Positions 38,656 through 48,745 of a DNA stretch of 64,000 nt are shown piece after piece; the stretch's first letter is position 1, and every line of letters begins with the position of its first letter. Location: positions 286-64,285 of the forward strand of contig CACPCZ010000004.1 of the NCBI GenBank assembly GCA_902632555.1, given 5' to 3'. The DNA comes from an uncultured SAR86 cluster bacterium. Lineage in GTDB: Bacteria > Pseudomonadota > Gammaproteobacteria > Magnimaribacterales > D2472. Position numbers and translations under genes: made by a program. The notes beneath the pieces were generated by a model. It searched no databases, was not told where the DNA came from, and saw only the letters and a program-made list of their open reading frames with translations.

Positions 38656-39211
38656 AAAAATTTGGATTGAGTGAAGACATTATTCCTTTTTTGTTTTTTG
38701 GACTTATAAAAAATTTTTCTTTTATAGTTATTGATTGTTTTTCGCAGAGATTTTCAAAGTCACGAATCGTGCACAAATGTATATTTTCAGTTTCATACCA
38801 ACTTGAAGGTAAGTCAGGTGTTACAGGCATTTTGCCAATACCAAGATTAATCCTACATCTCCAATATCCAAGATTTGGCAAGGTTACAACACATGTTTTT
38901 GAAAAGCTTAACATTTTCTCAAGTGCAATATTTGGATTTTTTAAGCATTGAATAGATCTTGCCATAATAGACATATCGAAGTTCGAAAGCTCGAAATCAT
39001 TTAAACCGAAGTCGATATCTAATTTTATTACAGGAACATTTTTTTCTATACAACTTAGAATTTTTTCGTCATTAATTTCAACTCCATAACCCTGGACATT
39101 TTTTTCCTTCATAAGTTTTTCAAGAAGAGTTCCATCGCCACAACCAAAGTCTATGATCTTGCTTCCATTTGGCACCCAATCTTGAATAACTTTTGATATT
39201 TCTACTGCCAT
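38618..39211 (-). CDS. metW: Methionine biosynthesis protein MetW
   Basis: SAM-methyltransferase-like DFGCGDGTLL. Position directly after metX. Confidence 0.85.
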   Translation of the reverse strand: MAVEISKVIQDWVPNGSKIIDFGCGDGTLLEKLMKEKNVQGYGVEINDEKILSCIEKNVPVIKLDIDFGLNDFELSNFDMSIMARSIQCLKNPNIALEKMLSFSKTCVVTLPNLGYWRCRINLGIGKMPVTPDLPSSWYETENIHLCTIRDFENLCEKQSITIKEKFFISPKNKKGIMSSLNPNFFATEGVYLLEKE

Positions 39212-40299
39212 TACGATTCTATAAAATTTTTTATTGCCTTTGAATATTTTTTGCTATGAAATAAAAAACTATCGTGTCCTTGCTCTCCATCTAACACTAT
39301 GTAAGATGATTTAATATTTTGATTTATTGCTGCAATTTGAATTTCTTTTCCTCGTGCAGGTGGATATAGCCAATCTGAATTAAATCCGACAATTAAAAGA
39401 GAAGCTTTAATATTTTTCATATTTTCTTCAAGCATTTTATTATCGGAGGCAATATCGTATCCATCCATGGCTTTTGTCATTATTATGTAACTATTTGCAT
39501 CAAAGGACTCTGAAAATTTTTCACCTTTATACTGTAAATAATTTTCTACTTCGAAATCTACATCACCACTTATTTTCGAACTTTCGTCTTGATATTTTCT
39601 TCCAAATCTTAAATCCATATGCTGCTCTGAGAGATAAGTTATATGTCCAAGCATTCTTGCAGCCTTAATGCCATCTTTGGGTTTTTTATTATTTTTGATG
39701 TATTCGCCATTACAAAAATTTGGATCTTTTCTAATGGACTCTCTTGCAACTTCATTCATTGCAATATTTTGAGTACTTGATTTAGCTGCAGCAGCTAATA
39801 TGCCTGCTTTATTAACTGAGTCAGGATATGAAATCGCCCATTGTAAAGCTTGCATACCTCCTAAACTGCCACCAACAATAAGATGCCACTTTGATATTCC
39901 AAGCCTATCAGACAACATCTTTTGAGAGTTAACCCAATCTTTAACACTTACTTGTGGAAAATTTTTACCATATATTTCATCTGTCAATGGATTTATCTCA
40001 GTAGGCCCCGAGGATCCAGAACAGCCACCTAAATTATTACAACAAACAACAAAAAATTTATTTGTATCAATAGCTTTGTCTGGTCCAACCAATTGATCCC
40101 ACCATCCAACAATACCATCTGCATTTTTTCCAGCAGCATGATGATTGCCTGAAAAAGCATGACATAAAAGTATTCCATTAGATTTTGATTGATTTAACTC
40201 GCCATAAGTTTCAACCATTAGTTTAAAAGAGATCAGTTTTGTACCGTTTTCTAAATGTATGCCCTCATCAAAATCAAATATATTTGTTTCTATTTTCAT
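39211..40299 (-). CDS. metX: Homoserine O-acyltransferase
   Basis: Alpha/beta hydrolase nucleophile elbow GGSLGGMQALQW. Conserved WWD..VGP and GHDSFL motifs. Confidence 0.9.
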   Translation of the reverse strand: MKIETNIFDFDEGIHLENGTKLISFKLMVETYGELNQSKSNGILLCHAFSGNHHAAGKNADGIVGWWDQLVGPDKAIDTNKFFVVCCNNLGGCSGSSGPTEINPLTDEIYGKNFPQVSVKDWVNSQKMLSDRLGISKWHLIVGGSLGGMQALQWAISYPDSVNKAGILAAAAKSSTQNIAMNEVARESIRKDPNFCNGEYIKNNKKPKDGIKAARMLGHITYLSEQHMDLRFGRKYQDESSKISGDVDFEVENYLQYKGEKFSESFDANSYIIMTKAMDGYDIASDNKMLEENMKNIKASLLIVGFNSDWLYPPARGKEIQIAAINQNIKSSYIVLDGEQGHDSFLFHSKKYSKAIKNFIES

Positions 40300-40820
40300 A
40301 CGATATATCTGAGAATATCATCTAAAAAACTACTTACAAATTGTATTAAGATAAAAATAAATAGGGGCGAAAAATCTAAACCACCTGCAGCAGGGATATA
40401 TTTTCTCAAAGGCGATAATATCTTTAATGATATTTCTTCAACTATTTCAATGAATGGATTTGAATTTTTTGGCTGTACCCAACTTAGGATAACTCCACCT
40501 ATAATTGCAAATAATATTACTCTTATAATTATTTGAAGAGTCTGGATTATTGCAACACCAAAAAGAACAATCGCATCATAACTGCTTGAGTAAATAAGAA
40601 ATAAAGATAAAAATTTAATAAGTATTGCTAAAAAAATGATATTTAATTGTTGGTTTGGAAGTAAGCTTAATTTTGAAAAAGGCTTATATGCTTTTATAAA
40701 AATACTAACGATTTTATTGTAGTAATTTATTTTTAATGCGCTAAAAATAAATAAAAAGATAAAAGCATAATTAATAATACTCAACAGCAGACTTAGAGCT
40801 TGATAATCACTAGAATTCAT
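40296..40820 (-). CDS. yggT: YggT family membrane protein
   Basis: Small multi-TM protein in the conserved position between proC and metX. C-terminal GGLDFSPL motif. Confidence 0.7.
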   Translation of the reverse strand: MNSSDYQALSLLLSIINYAFIFLFIFSALKINYYNKIVSIFIKAYKPFSKLSLLPNQQLNIIFLAILIKFLSLFLIYSSSYDAIVLFGVAIIQTLQIIIRVILFAIIGGVILSWVQPKNSNPFIEIVEEISLKILSPLRKYIPAAGGLDFSPLFIFILIQFVSSFLDDILRYIV

Positions 40821-41601
40821 TAGATATCTCTTTTGATCTTTTTACTGCCGACTGAAGTCCGTCTTTAAAATATTTGTTTAGTTTATTTTTTTTAAATGAA
40901 TCTAAGCCTGCCTCTGTTGTTCCTTTTTTAGAGGCAACCATGGTAACTAGCTCGTCCAGATCATTATTATTTTTAATTGACATACTTACGCCTTTTAAAA
41001 GATTAACCATTATCTCATTTACTTTTTTATTATCATTGCCACACATTTTAAGAAGTTCTTTTTCATATGCTTTTAGAATATAGAAAAAGTAAGCAGGACC
41101 GCTACCTACTAATCCAGTAAATTGATCCATTTCAATTTCTTTATTCAATTCAATAACCATACCAACTTTATTAAATAATTTATTGATTAATTTTTTATCT
41201 TCCTTACTAAATGTTGAATTAAATAAAGCTGTAATGCCAAGGCCATACCTAGAGGAAGTATTAGGCATAGCTCTCATAAATTTAGAGGTTTTATCAATTT
41301 TTAAATACTTATTTGATTTAATACCAGCGACAAAGCTAATGATCTTTGCATTTTTCTTAAGCTGTTTTATTTCTTTAAAACTACTTAAAGCATCTTTTGG
41401 CTTAACGCACAAAAAACAGAATGAAATTTGATCTGATTTGTCTCTGCTAAATTTTTTTATCTTTAACTTTTCTAACTTTTTTTTATTTTTAGCATTCCTA
41501 TCAATAAAAAAAATGTTGTTTCTTTTATAACCTGACTTTATTAATCCCTCTATTACAGACTGTGCAATATTTCCACCCCCAAAAAATAATATATTCTTCA
41601 T
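40810..41601 (-). CDS. proC: Pyrroline-5-carboxylate reductase
   Basis: N-terminal FFGGGNIAQ Rossmann motif. MPNT and SKKGTTEAGL motifs. Confidence 0.85.
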   Translation of the reverse strand: MKNILFFGGGNIAQSVIEGLIKSGYKRNNIFFIDRNAKNKKKLEKLKIKKFSRDKSDQISFCFLCVKPKDALSSFKEIKQLKKNAKIISFVAGIKSNKYLKIDKTSKFMRAMPNTSSRYGLGITALFNSTFSKEDKKLINKLFNKVGMVIELNKEIEMDQFTGLVGSGPAYFFYILKAYEKELLKMCGNDNKKVNEIMVNLLKGVSMSIKNNNDLDELVTMVASKKGTTEAGLDSFKKNKLNKYFKDGLQSAVKRSKEISNEF

Positions 41602-42284
41602 AGTCTCTTACCAAAAATTGATTCGCCTATTCTTACTATAGATGATCCATGCTCAATTGCATTCTGAAAATCGCTAGTTGTGCCCAAAGATATCTCTTTT
41701 GCTTCAGGATACTTAGCTTGAACTTTTAGACTGTGTTCATACATTTGTTTCATTTCTTGTATTTGATTGTGAGAATCTGCATGAATATTGGGAAGTGCCA
41801 TTATTCCTTTTAGGTTAATATGACTTGAGGCATTAACAATGGCTGCAAGATTTAAAAGTTCATCAGGAGAACAACCATTTTTAGTGGGCTCTTCAGAAAC
41901 ATTTACTTGAATCAAACCGTTGATTACATTATTGGATTCCTTACAAGCGTCATTTAGCTTATAAATAATCTTTTCTCTATCAAGCGTATGAATCCAAGAT
42001 GCATAATTTGCAATTAATCTTACTTTATTAGATTGAAGCGGCCCTATGAAATGCCAGTTAATATTACTTGAGGATATTTGAATATTTTTTTCTTTGAGTT
42101 CTTGAGCATAGTTTTCCCCAAAATGAAATATTCCTGACTGAATAGCGGCTTGAATATGTTCTAAACTTTTTCTTTTAGAAACAGCAACAAGTAAAACCTC
42201 TTTTCCTTTTTGTTCAGAATTAGAAACGCTAGTATTTATTTTTTCTAGGATTTCATCAATATTTTTTTTTATATCTGTTTGCAT
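41598..42284 (-). CDS. yggS: YggS family pyridoxal phosphate homeostasis protein
   Basis: LVAVSK (PLP lysine), HFIGPLQSNK and a C-terminal VRIGESIFG. Confidence 0.85.
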   Translation of the reverse strand: MQTDIKKNIDEILEKINTSVSNSEQKGKEVLLVAVSKRKSLEHIQAAIQSGIFHFGENYAQELKEKNIQISSSNINWHFIGPLQSNKVRLIANYASWIHTLDREKIIYKLNDACKESNNVINGLIQVNVSEEPTKNGCSPDELLNLAAIVNASSHINLKGIMALPNIHADSHNQIQEMKQMYEHSLKVQAKYPEAKEISLGTTSDFQNAIEHGSSIVRIGESIFGKRL

Positions 42285-42799
42285 AAAGTTCTTAATCTAG
42301 GATCAAATCCCCTTTTGGTTATTCTTTCTTTAGCATTATTTGCTCCAGACCTATTTTGATAGGGACCTGTGATAACGCTGTTAAGAGGTTTGCCTGGTTG
42401 AAGAGTGCTATAAACAATATTGATTGTTATATTCTCTATTTCATTTTTAAGCATTTTTTCTGCTTCCTCAGCATATTTTCTGTTTCCATATGCCCCAATC
42501 TGAACATAGAATTCACAATTAACTTTATTTTCTTGGGTTGATTCAATTAAAACTGAGTTCTCCATCAATGAAGATGGAAAATCAAATTCTACATTATTAA
42601 CAGAATCTTCAAATTGAATTGAGGTAACATCAGTTTTAAAGTAAAAAATTGATATCGAAATTAAGCCTAGTGAAATAAAAACAATAAAATAAAAAACTTG
42701 TTTTGATATTAGCTCAGACGCCTGCCTTTTCGATCTAAAAACAGATTTGTTTTTTTTGTAACTTCTTTTTTTTGAGGTCTTTCGAGCAAAGTCTTTCAT
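42269..42799 (-). CDS. SPOR domain-containing membrane protein
   Basis: Basic N-terminus, one TM segment and a C-terminal SPOR-like YVQIGAYGNRKYAE...ITGPY. Start chosen after the argS stop; the longest ORF extends to 42883. Confidence 0.6.
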   Translation of the reverse strand: MKDFARKTSKKRSYKKNKSVFRSKRQASELISKQVFYFIVFISLGLISISIFYFKTDVTSIQFEDSVNNVEFDFPSSLMENSVLIESTQENKVNCEFYVQIGAYGNRKYAEEAEKMLKNEIENITINIVYSTLQPGKPLNSVITGPYQNRSGANNAKERITKRGFDPRLRTLCKQI

Positions 42800-42807
42800 G
42801 TTATTTA

Positions 42808-44547
42808 TTACATTTTTTGCATTGGTGTAATGCCAAGTAAATTCAGCCCGTTGGAAATAATTTGCCTTACGGACGACATACAATTAATTATAAATTCTTG
42901 ATTATCTTTTTCTTCAGACAAAATATGATTGTCATTGTAATAACTATGAAATATTTGGGATAAATCTCTCAGGTAAAAGATAATCAGATGCGGCTGATAT
43001 GTTAAGGCTGATTTAATAACAATACCTGGATACTTTGATATTTCATGTATCAATTTGTCACATTTTATATAGTCAATATTTGAGAGATTAAATTTTTTAA
43101 TGTTTTTCGAGCTTTTAAGCCCTTTATATTTCTCTTCTAATGAAAAAATTCTCGCGTGAGCATATTGAATATAGTAAAAAATATTTTCTTTACTATCTGA
43201 TTTAGCCAAGTCAATATCAAAGTCTAGATGTTGATCGGCTTGCTTTGATAAATAATAAAATCTTGCAGCATCAGACCCAATATCTTCAATTAAATCGTTC
43301 AGTGAATAAAATTCACCTGACCTTGTTGACATCTTCACCTTTGAACCATCTTTATAAAGATTTGCAAATTGCACCAGCTTTACAATCAACTTTTCTTTTT
43401 TTGAACCAAGTCCCTCTATTGAGGATTCTATTCTTTTAATATATCCGTGATGATCCGCTCCCCAAATATTAATTATTTCATCGAAACCTCTATCTATTTT
43501 GTTCTTGTGGTAAGCGACATCTGATGCAAAATATGTTGCTCTTCCATCATCCCTAACAAGCACTCGATGCTTATCATCTCCACTGTCTTCAGTATTTAGC
43601 CAAATTGCTCCATCTTTTTTATATGCTTGTTTATTTTCTTCTAATCTATTAATTGAAACTGATATTTCCGATTTACTATCATCTAGTGAACCCAAAGATG
43701 ACTCATAAAACCAATTATTGAACTCTACATTAAAATTTCTAAGGTCATTTTTAATATCTTTGATGATGCTTTTGAGAGAGAAGTCTTTGACAGTTTTCCA
43801 ATTAGCTTGGTAATGATTCTTCAAATAAGAAATTATTTCATCGATCTCTTTTTCTGGATCTTTGGGTAAGTTATCTAAAATTGATTTATCTATTATCAGA
43901 TTAAAATTATCTTTTTCCTCGATTTTTTTACCTAAATCTTCAATGTATTTACCTTTGTATGCATTTTGTGGGAAAAAGCTATTGTCAGACTCATGCATTT
44001 TCATAATTACGCTAGCTGTAAGAATATCTATTTGCCTGCCTGCGTCATTTACGTAATATTCTTTTTCTACATTTGAGCCAGTTGCAGACAATATTCTTGC
44101 AAGCGCATCACCATAAGCTGCACCTCGTCCATGTCCCACATGCAATGGACCCGTTGGATTCGCCGACACAAACTCTATTTGTACTTTTTGATTACTATTG
44201 AGAATAGACTCTCCAAATTTTTCTTTCTGTTGATTAATTATTCTCAGAGTTGATAGGAAGTCTTCTCGTTTAAGAGTTACATTTATAAAACCAGGTCCAG
44301 CGGATTCAACCTTTTTGAAAATTCCAAGTGAGTCAAGCTTATTAGCAAGATCTGATGAAAGCTTTTTTGGGTTGAGTTTAAGTTGGCTTGCGACAATCAT
44401 ACATATGTTTGATGTTAAATGGCCATTCTTAAGATCATCAGTTATTGAAGTTGTGCTCTTCTTATCAATTATTTTCAAGTATTCTTCATCAACATCTTCA
44501 AGATTACTTAGAAAACCTAAAATTTCAGCATTTAAAATTTCAATCAA
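42808..44547 (-). CDS. argS: Arginine--tRNA ligase
   Basis: Class I HIGH motif (SANPTGPLHVGHGR), 579 aa, and a DALR-type C-terminus ending in M. Confidence 0.9.
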   Translation of the reverse strand: MIEILNAEILGFLSNLEDVDEEYLKIIDKKSTTSITDDLKNGHLTSNICMIVASQLKLNPKKLSSDLANKLDSLGIFKKVESAGPGFINVTLKREDFLSTLRIINQQKEKFGESILNSNQKVQIEFVSANPTGPLHVGHGRGAAYGDALARILSATGSNVEKEYYVNDAGRQIDILTASVIMKMHESDNSFFPQNAYKGKYIEDLGKKIEEKDNFNLIIDKSILDNLPKDPEKEIDEIISYLKNHYQANWKTVKDFSLKSIIKDIKNDLRNFNVEFNNWFYESSLGSLDDSKSEISVSINRLEENKQAYKKDGAIWLNTEDSGDDKHRVLVRDDGRATYFASDVAYHKNKIDRGFDEIINIWGADHHGYIKRIESSIEGLGSKKEKLIVKLVQFANLYKDGSKVKMSTRSGEFYSLNDLIEDIGSDAARFYYLSKQADQHLDFDIDLAKSDSKENIFYYIQYAHARIFSLEEKYKGLKSSKNIKKFNLSNIDYIKCDKLIHEISKYPGIVIKSALTYQPHLIIFYLRDLSQIFHSYYNDNHILSEEKDNQEFIINCMSSVRQIISNGLNLLGITPMQKM

Positions 44548-45110
44548 CTTTTTGATCTCCCCACATAAGATTTATCTCTGGTGTCAACCTTAATAATTTC
44601 TTTTTCATTAACAAATAAAGGAACCTGTATCTCTTCTCCTGTTTGAAGTTTTGCAATCTTAGTAGCACCTGAAACTGTATCACCTTTAACTCCAGGCTCG
44701 GCACTAATAATCTGAAGCTCAACTATTACCGGAGGAGTTACAAGAATTGGTTGATTATTCCACAAAACGATTTCACAAACTTCTTGACCAACAAGCCACT
44801 TTTTGGCCTCACCAATTTGAGATTGATTTACCTCAATTTGTTCGTAAGTATTTGTATCCATGAAGTGCCATGATTCATTATCGTGATATAAAAATTCCAT
44901 TTCTTTATGATTTACATCTGCGGCCTCAACACTCTCACCAGACTTGAAAGTCTTATCGTTAGTATTACCAGTCAAAAGATTTTTATACTTAACTCTCATT
45001 ACAGCTTGACCTTTACCAGGCTTATGGAATTCGTGCTCAACAATTGAACAAGGCGCATTATCGATAATAAGCTTAGTTCCATTTTTAAACTGATTAGTAG
45101 AAATTTTCAT
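44544..45110 (-). CDS. efp: Elongation factor P
   Basis: 188 aa. The KPGKGQA loop carries the modifiable Lys. Three OB/KOW-like domains. Confidence 0.95.
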   Translation of the reverse strand: MKISTNQFKNGTKLIIDNAPCSIVEHEFHKPGKGQAVMRVKYKNLLTGNTNDKTFKSGESVEAADVNHKEMEFLYHDNESWHFMDTNTYEQIEVNQSQIGEAKKWLVGQEVCEIVLWNNQPILVTPPVIVELQIISAEPGVKGDTVSGATKIAKLQTGEEIQVPLFVNEKEIIKVDTRDKSYVGRSKS

Positions 45111-45156
45111 AATAAATTCAATTTTTATATGTTATTTTAATAGCGAGGTATCCCAA

Positions 45157-46977
45157 ATGAAAAAATTTTTAAGTATTTTATGCATATCTATAATTGTAAC
45201 TTCTTGTGTTCCTGGTAGCGAACAATCAGATAAATATAATGAATTAGATATTTTTTTAGAGAAGGTTGAAAAAGAAAACCTTCAAAATGGACCTGTAATT
45301 TCATCAGCATCATGGATAAGTTCTAATTTTATTACATATGACTCGCAGAAGGTTATTGCTGACTATGGGACAAGATATACTCTTGATGCATTGGATAAAG
45401 CAAGAAAAGCATCAACTTTTGACAGTTTAGATGTATCTCAAGAGAAAAAAAGAATGCTAAATATACTTAAGACTTCTTTTGTTATGCCTCCTCCACTTGA
45501 TGATGTCTTAGCTTCAGAACTCTCAGAAATAACTACGTCTCTTGAAGCTATGTATGGAAGTGGCGAACATTGTTTTGAAGATAATGATTGTTACGACCTA
45601 GAAGCATTCGAATCCATAATTGATAAATCAAGAGATCCCGACGAACTACTAAAAGCATGGAGTGGATGGCATGAAGTAGGAAAGCCAATGAGATCAATGT
45701 ATATGCGAATGGTTGAGATAGGCAATCAGGGTTCAAAGGATTTAGGATTCGACGATTTAAGCGACTTATGGTTTAGTAAATATGATATGCCGGCAGAAGA
45801 ATTTCTTTCTGAAACAGACAAAGTATGGGACGAAGTAAGACCTTTATATGATGCTCTCCATTGCCATGTTAGAGCCGAGCTTAATGAATATTATGGAGAT
45901 GATGTTGTCCCTAGTAGTGGAGCACTTCCTGTACATCTTTTAGGTAACATGTGGGGCCAATCATGGTCAAATATATATGATTTAGTTTATGCTCAACCCA
46001 AAGAGACTAAAACGGTTGATATAACAAAAGTTATAGAGGATCTTAATTTATCTGAAGTAGAAATGGTTGAGTATGCGGAAGATTTTTTTATTTCGATAGG
46101 ATTTAAACCTTTGCCAGAAACCTTTTGGGAAAGATCTTTGTTTGTAAAACCAGTGGATAGATCAGTAGTTTGTCATGCTTCAGCTTGGAATCTTGATCCA
46201 GCAAATAATGATTTAAGAATCAAAATGTGTATAGAAAAAAATGAAGAAGACTTTGTCACGATTCATCATGAACTAGGACATATATTTTATTATCAAGCAT
46301 ACAATCATTTACCAACTTTGTTTCAGGGAGGTGCAAATGATGGTTTTCATGAAGCATTTGGCGATTTGCTTTCTTTGTCAATAACACCCGAATATCTTAA
46401 AAAAATTGATTTTATTACCGAAGAAGAGGCCGAAATTGCAGAGCAAGATCCTATTGGATTGCTTATGAAACAGGCTCTTGAGGGTGTGGTAGCAATCCCA
46501 TGGACTTTAATGTTAGATAAATGGAGAGCAGGTGTATTTAATGGAGAAATTGAAGAGACCGATCTAAACAAAACATGGTGGAGAATGAGAGAAGAATATC
46601 AAGGAATTGCTCCACCAAATGATAGGACAGAGGATTTTTTTGACCCTGGTGCTAAGTATCATATTCCAGGAAACACACCTTACACCAGATACTATCTAGC
46701 CAGGATTATGCAATACCAATTTCATGAGGCCTTATGTAATCACATTGAATTTGATGGCTATCTTCACGAATGTTCAATCTATGGCGATAAAAGGGCTGGC
46801 GATAAGATAATTTCTACAATGGCTTTAGGAGAGAGTTTGCCATGGCAAGATGCATTTGAGAAAATTACTGGGACTAGAGAATTAAGTGGAAAGTCAATAC
46901 TAAATTATTATGCCCCTTTAAAAGATTGGCTAGATAAACAAAACATTAACAGAACTTGTGGGTGGGAGGAATCATGA
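45157..46977 (+). CDS. M2 family peptidyl-dipeptidase (angiotensin-converting-enzyme-like) lipoprotein
   Basis: Lipobox IVTSC. Zinc motif HHELGH with downstream HEAFGD, as in ACE. Confidence 0.8.
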   Translation: MKKFLSILCISIIVTSCVPGSEQSDKYNELDIFLEKVEKENLQNGPVISSASWISSNFITYDSQKVIADYGTRYTLDALDKARKASTFDSLDVSQEKKRMLNILKTSFVMPPPLDDVLASELSEITTSLEAMYGSGEHCFEDNDCYDLEAFESIIDKSRDPDELLKAWSGWHEVGKPMRSMYMRMVEIGNQGSKDLGFDDLSDLWFSKYDMPAEEFLSETDKVWDEVRPLYDALHCHVRAELNEYYGDDVVPSSGALPVHLLGNMWGQSWSNIYDLVYAQPKETKTVDITKVIEDLNLSEVEMVEYAEDFFISIGFKPLPETFWERSLFVKPVDRSVVCHASAWNLDPANNDLRIKMCIEKNEEDFVTIHHELGHIFYYQAYNHLPTLFQGGANDGFHEAFGDLLSLSITPEYLKKIDFITEEEAEIAEQDPIGLLMKQALEGVVAIPWTLMLDKWRAGVFNGEIEETDLNKTWWRMREEYQGIAPPNDRTEDFFDPGAKYHIPGNTPYTRYYLARIMQYQFHEALCNHIEFDGYLHECSIYGDKRAGDKIISTMALGESLPWQDAFEKITGTRELSGKSILNYYAPLKDWLDKQNINRTCGWEES

Positions 46978-47819
46978 AATCAATTTTAAACATCATATTT
47001 GCGGGCGTAGCCTTTTTACTTTGTTTACTTATAGCTATTTACACAAATAGTTCAATTGTTCTAAATGCTGTTTTGCTAGCTTTTTTTATCCAGTGGGTAG
47101 CATTCGTGCCAGCCTATCTTTTTCAAACTGAAAAATTTTATGATTTAACTGGCTCCTTAACATATCTAACAATTATTTGGTTCGTTTATACTACATCAAA
47201 TCACATAGGTGGTTTTAATATTGCAAACTTAATAATAGTTATGCTAATAACTATTTGGGCTATTAGGCTTGGAACATTCCTTTTCAGAAGGGTTCATAAA
47301 GATGGAGAAGATAAGAGATTTAGAACCATTAAAACTTCTGCATCACAATTTTTTATGACGTGGACCTTTCAAGGCATGTGGGTTTCAATATGTTCAATGT
47401 GTGCAATCACTGCAATATCTAGCGATACTGGATTAATTTTAAATCCTTTATTTTATATCAGTTTATTTTTGTTTTTAGTTGGCTTCTCAATTGAAGTTAT
47501 TGCTGATTATCAGAAAACTGTATTCAGATCTGTTGATGGAAATAGAGACAATTTTATTTCGACTGGATTATGGTCAAAATCTCAACACCCTAATTACTTT
47601 GGTGAGATTTTGTTATGGTCAGCTGTTGCATTAATGTCATTTTCATCTTTGAGCGGAACACAATATTTAACTTTAATATCACCAATTTTTACATACGTTC
47701 TACTTGTGTACATTAGTGGTGTAAGAATGCTTGACGACATGGGTAATAAAAAATGGGGTCATTTGGAAGAATATAAGAAGTACAAGGAGAGTACGCCTGT
47801 TTTATTTCCAAAACTATAA
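46974..47819 (+). CDS. DUF1295 / steroid 5-alpha-reductase-like membrane protein
   Basis: ATGA overlap with the upstream stop. Polytopic, with C-terminal GLWSKSQHPNYFGE typical of the family. Confidence 0.7.
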   Translation: MKSILNIIFAGVAFLLCLLIAIYTNSSIVLNAVLLAFFIQWVAFVPAYLFQTEKFYDLTGSLTYLTIIWFVYTTSNHIGGFNIANLIIVMLITIWAIRLGTFLFRRVHKDGEDKRFRTIKTSASQFFMTWTFQGMWVSICSMCAITAISSDTGLILNPLFYISLFLFLVGFSIEVIADYQKTVFRSVDGNRDNFISTGLWSKSQHPNYFGEILLWSAVALMSFSSLSGTQYLTLISPIFTYVLLVYISGVRMLDDMGNKKWGHLEEYKKYKESTPVLFPKL

Positions 47820-47825
47820 CAGTTA

Positions 47826-47835
47826 ATCAATTGAT
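47826..47835. promoter_or_regulatory. 10-bp perfect palindrome ATCAATTGAT upstream of the TonB cluster
   Basis: Read directly. It sits in an AT-rich context, so the chance expectation is not negligible. Confidence 0.15.
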
Positions 47836-47980
47836 ATTAATTTGTTCCTCATATTAAAATGATTAAAAATAAATTGAAAAATTAAACCTTTTGGTGTACG
47901 CAAAATAGTTTAAAATTTTGAAAAAAATTTTATTTATTTAGCTTAGACTGTTAACATTATTAGACTTTAGGGAGTACATA

Positions 47981-48745
47981 ATGCTTATATTATTAAAGAA
48001 AATATCTTTAACCGTACTTTTTGGCCTCAGCTTTTTTATATCAGCTAATGAATTAGTTGAAGTAAATATGGAAAGTGTGCTGGAAGTAGGGAGAGAAAAT
48101 CAACAATTGTCTGCAACTTCACAGGATAAAATTGATCTTACCGAAAGACAAACAGACAAAATTGTTAACGAATACAAGGTAGTTGCAAAACAGGTTGAGG
48201 GCTTAAAGCTATATAACGCCCAAAAACGAATTCAAATTCAAGCACAGCTTGATCTAATGGATAAGTTGGACAAGCAGCTTGTTCAAGTAGTTGTTATGCA
48301 AAGACAAATACCACCATTAGCTGAAAAAATGCTAGATACTCTCGAAACTTTTATTAAATTAGATACTCCTTTTAGAATTGACGAAAGAAGAGGCCGCGTT
48401 GATCTCGTAAGATCATCTTTAGCAAAACCTAAAGTAACTGCTTCAGAGCAAGTAAGGCAGGTCTTAGAGGCATACAATATTGAAGCTGAATATGGAAGAA
48501 AGATCGATACCTATGAAGATAAATTAGCCGATGGGACTGTTGTAAATATTTTAGTCATCGGAAGAATAGGAATGTTTTATCAAACAAAAGATGAAAGATC
48601 TAGTGGGAGATGGAACAATGAAACAGGTAGCTGGGAGGAACTATCTAGTACCTATAGAAAGCCAATAAGAGATGGAATAAGAATGGCAAAAAAATTAGCT
48701 CCAACAGACATGCTTCTTATGCCAATAGTTAAAGGAGAGGCATAA
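47981..48745 (+). CDS. DUF3450 domain protein (TtpB-like TonB-system accessory protein)
   Basis: Signal peptide plus coiled-coil. It is the first gene of a TonB2-type cluster. Confidence 0.65.
   Translation: MLILLKKISLTVLFGLSFFISANELVEVNMESVLEVGRENQQLSATSQDKIDLTERQTDKIVNEYKVVAKQVEGLKLYNAQKRIQIQAQLDLMDKLDKQLVQVVVMQRQIPPLAEKMLDTLETFIKLDTPFRIDERRGRVDLVRSSLAKPKVTASEQVRQVLEAYNIEAEYGRKIDTYEDKLADGTVVNILVIGRIGMFYQTKDERSSGRWNNETGSWEELSSTYRKPIRDGIRMAKKLAPTDMLLMPIVKGEA

Noticed and set aside
47820-47980. A Fur box upstream of the TonB2-type cluster.
   Set aside because: AT-rich segments such as TAATCAATTGATATTAAT and AATGATTAAAAATAAATT match the GATAATGATAATCATTATC consensus only loosely. This cannot be told apart from background in DNA this AT-rich without a scored matrix scan.
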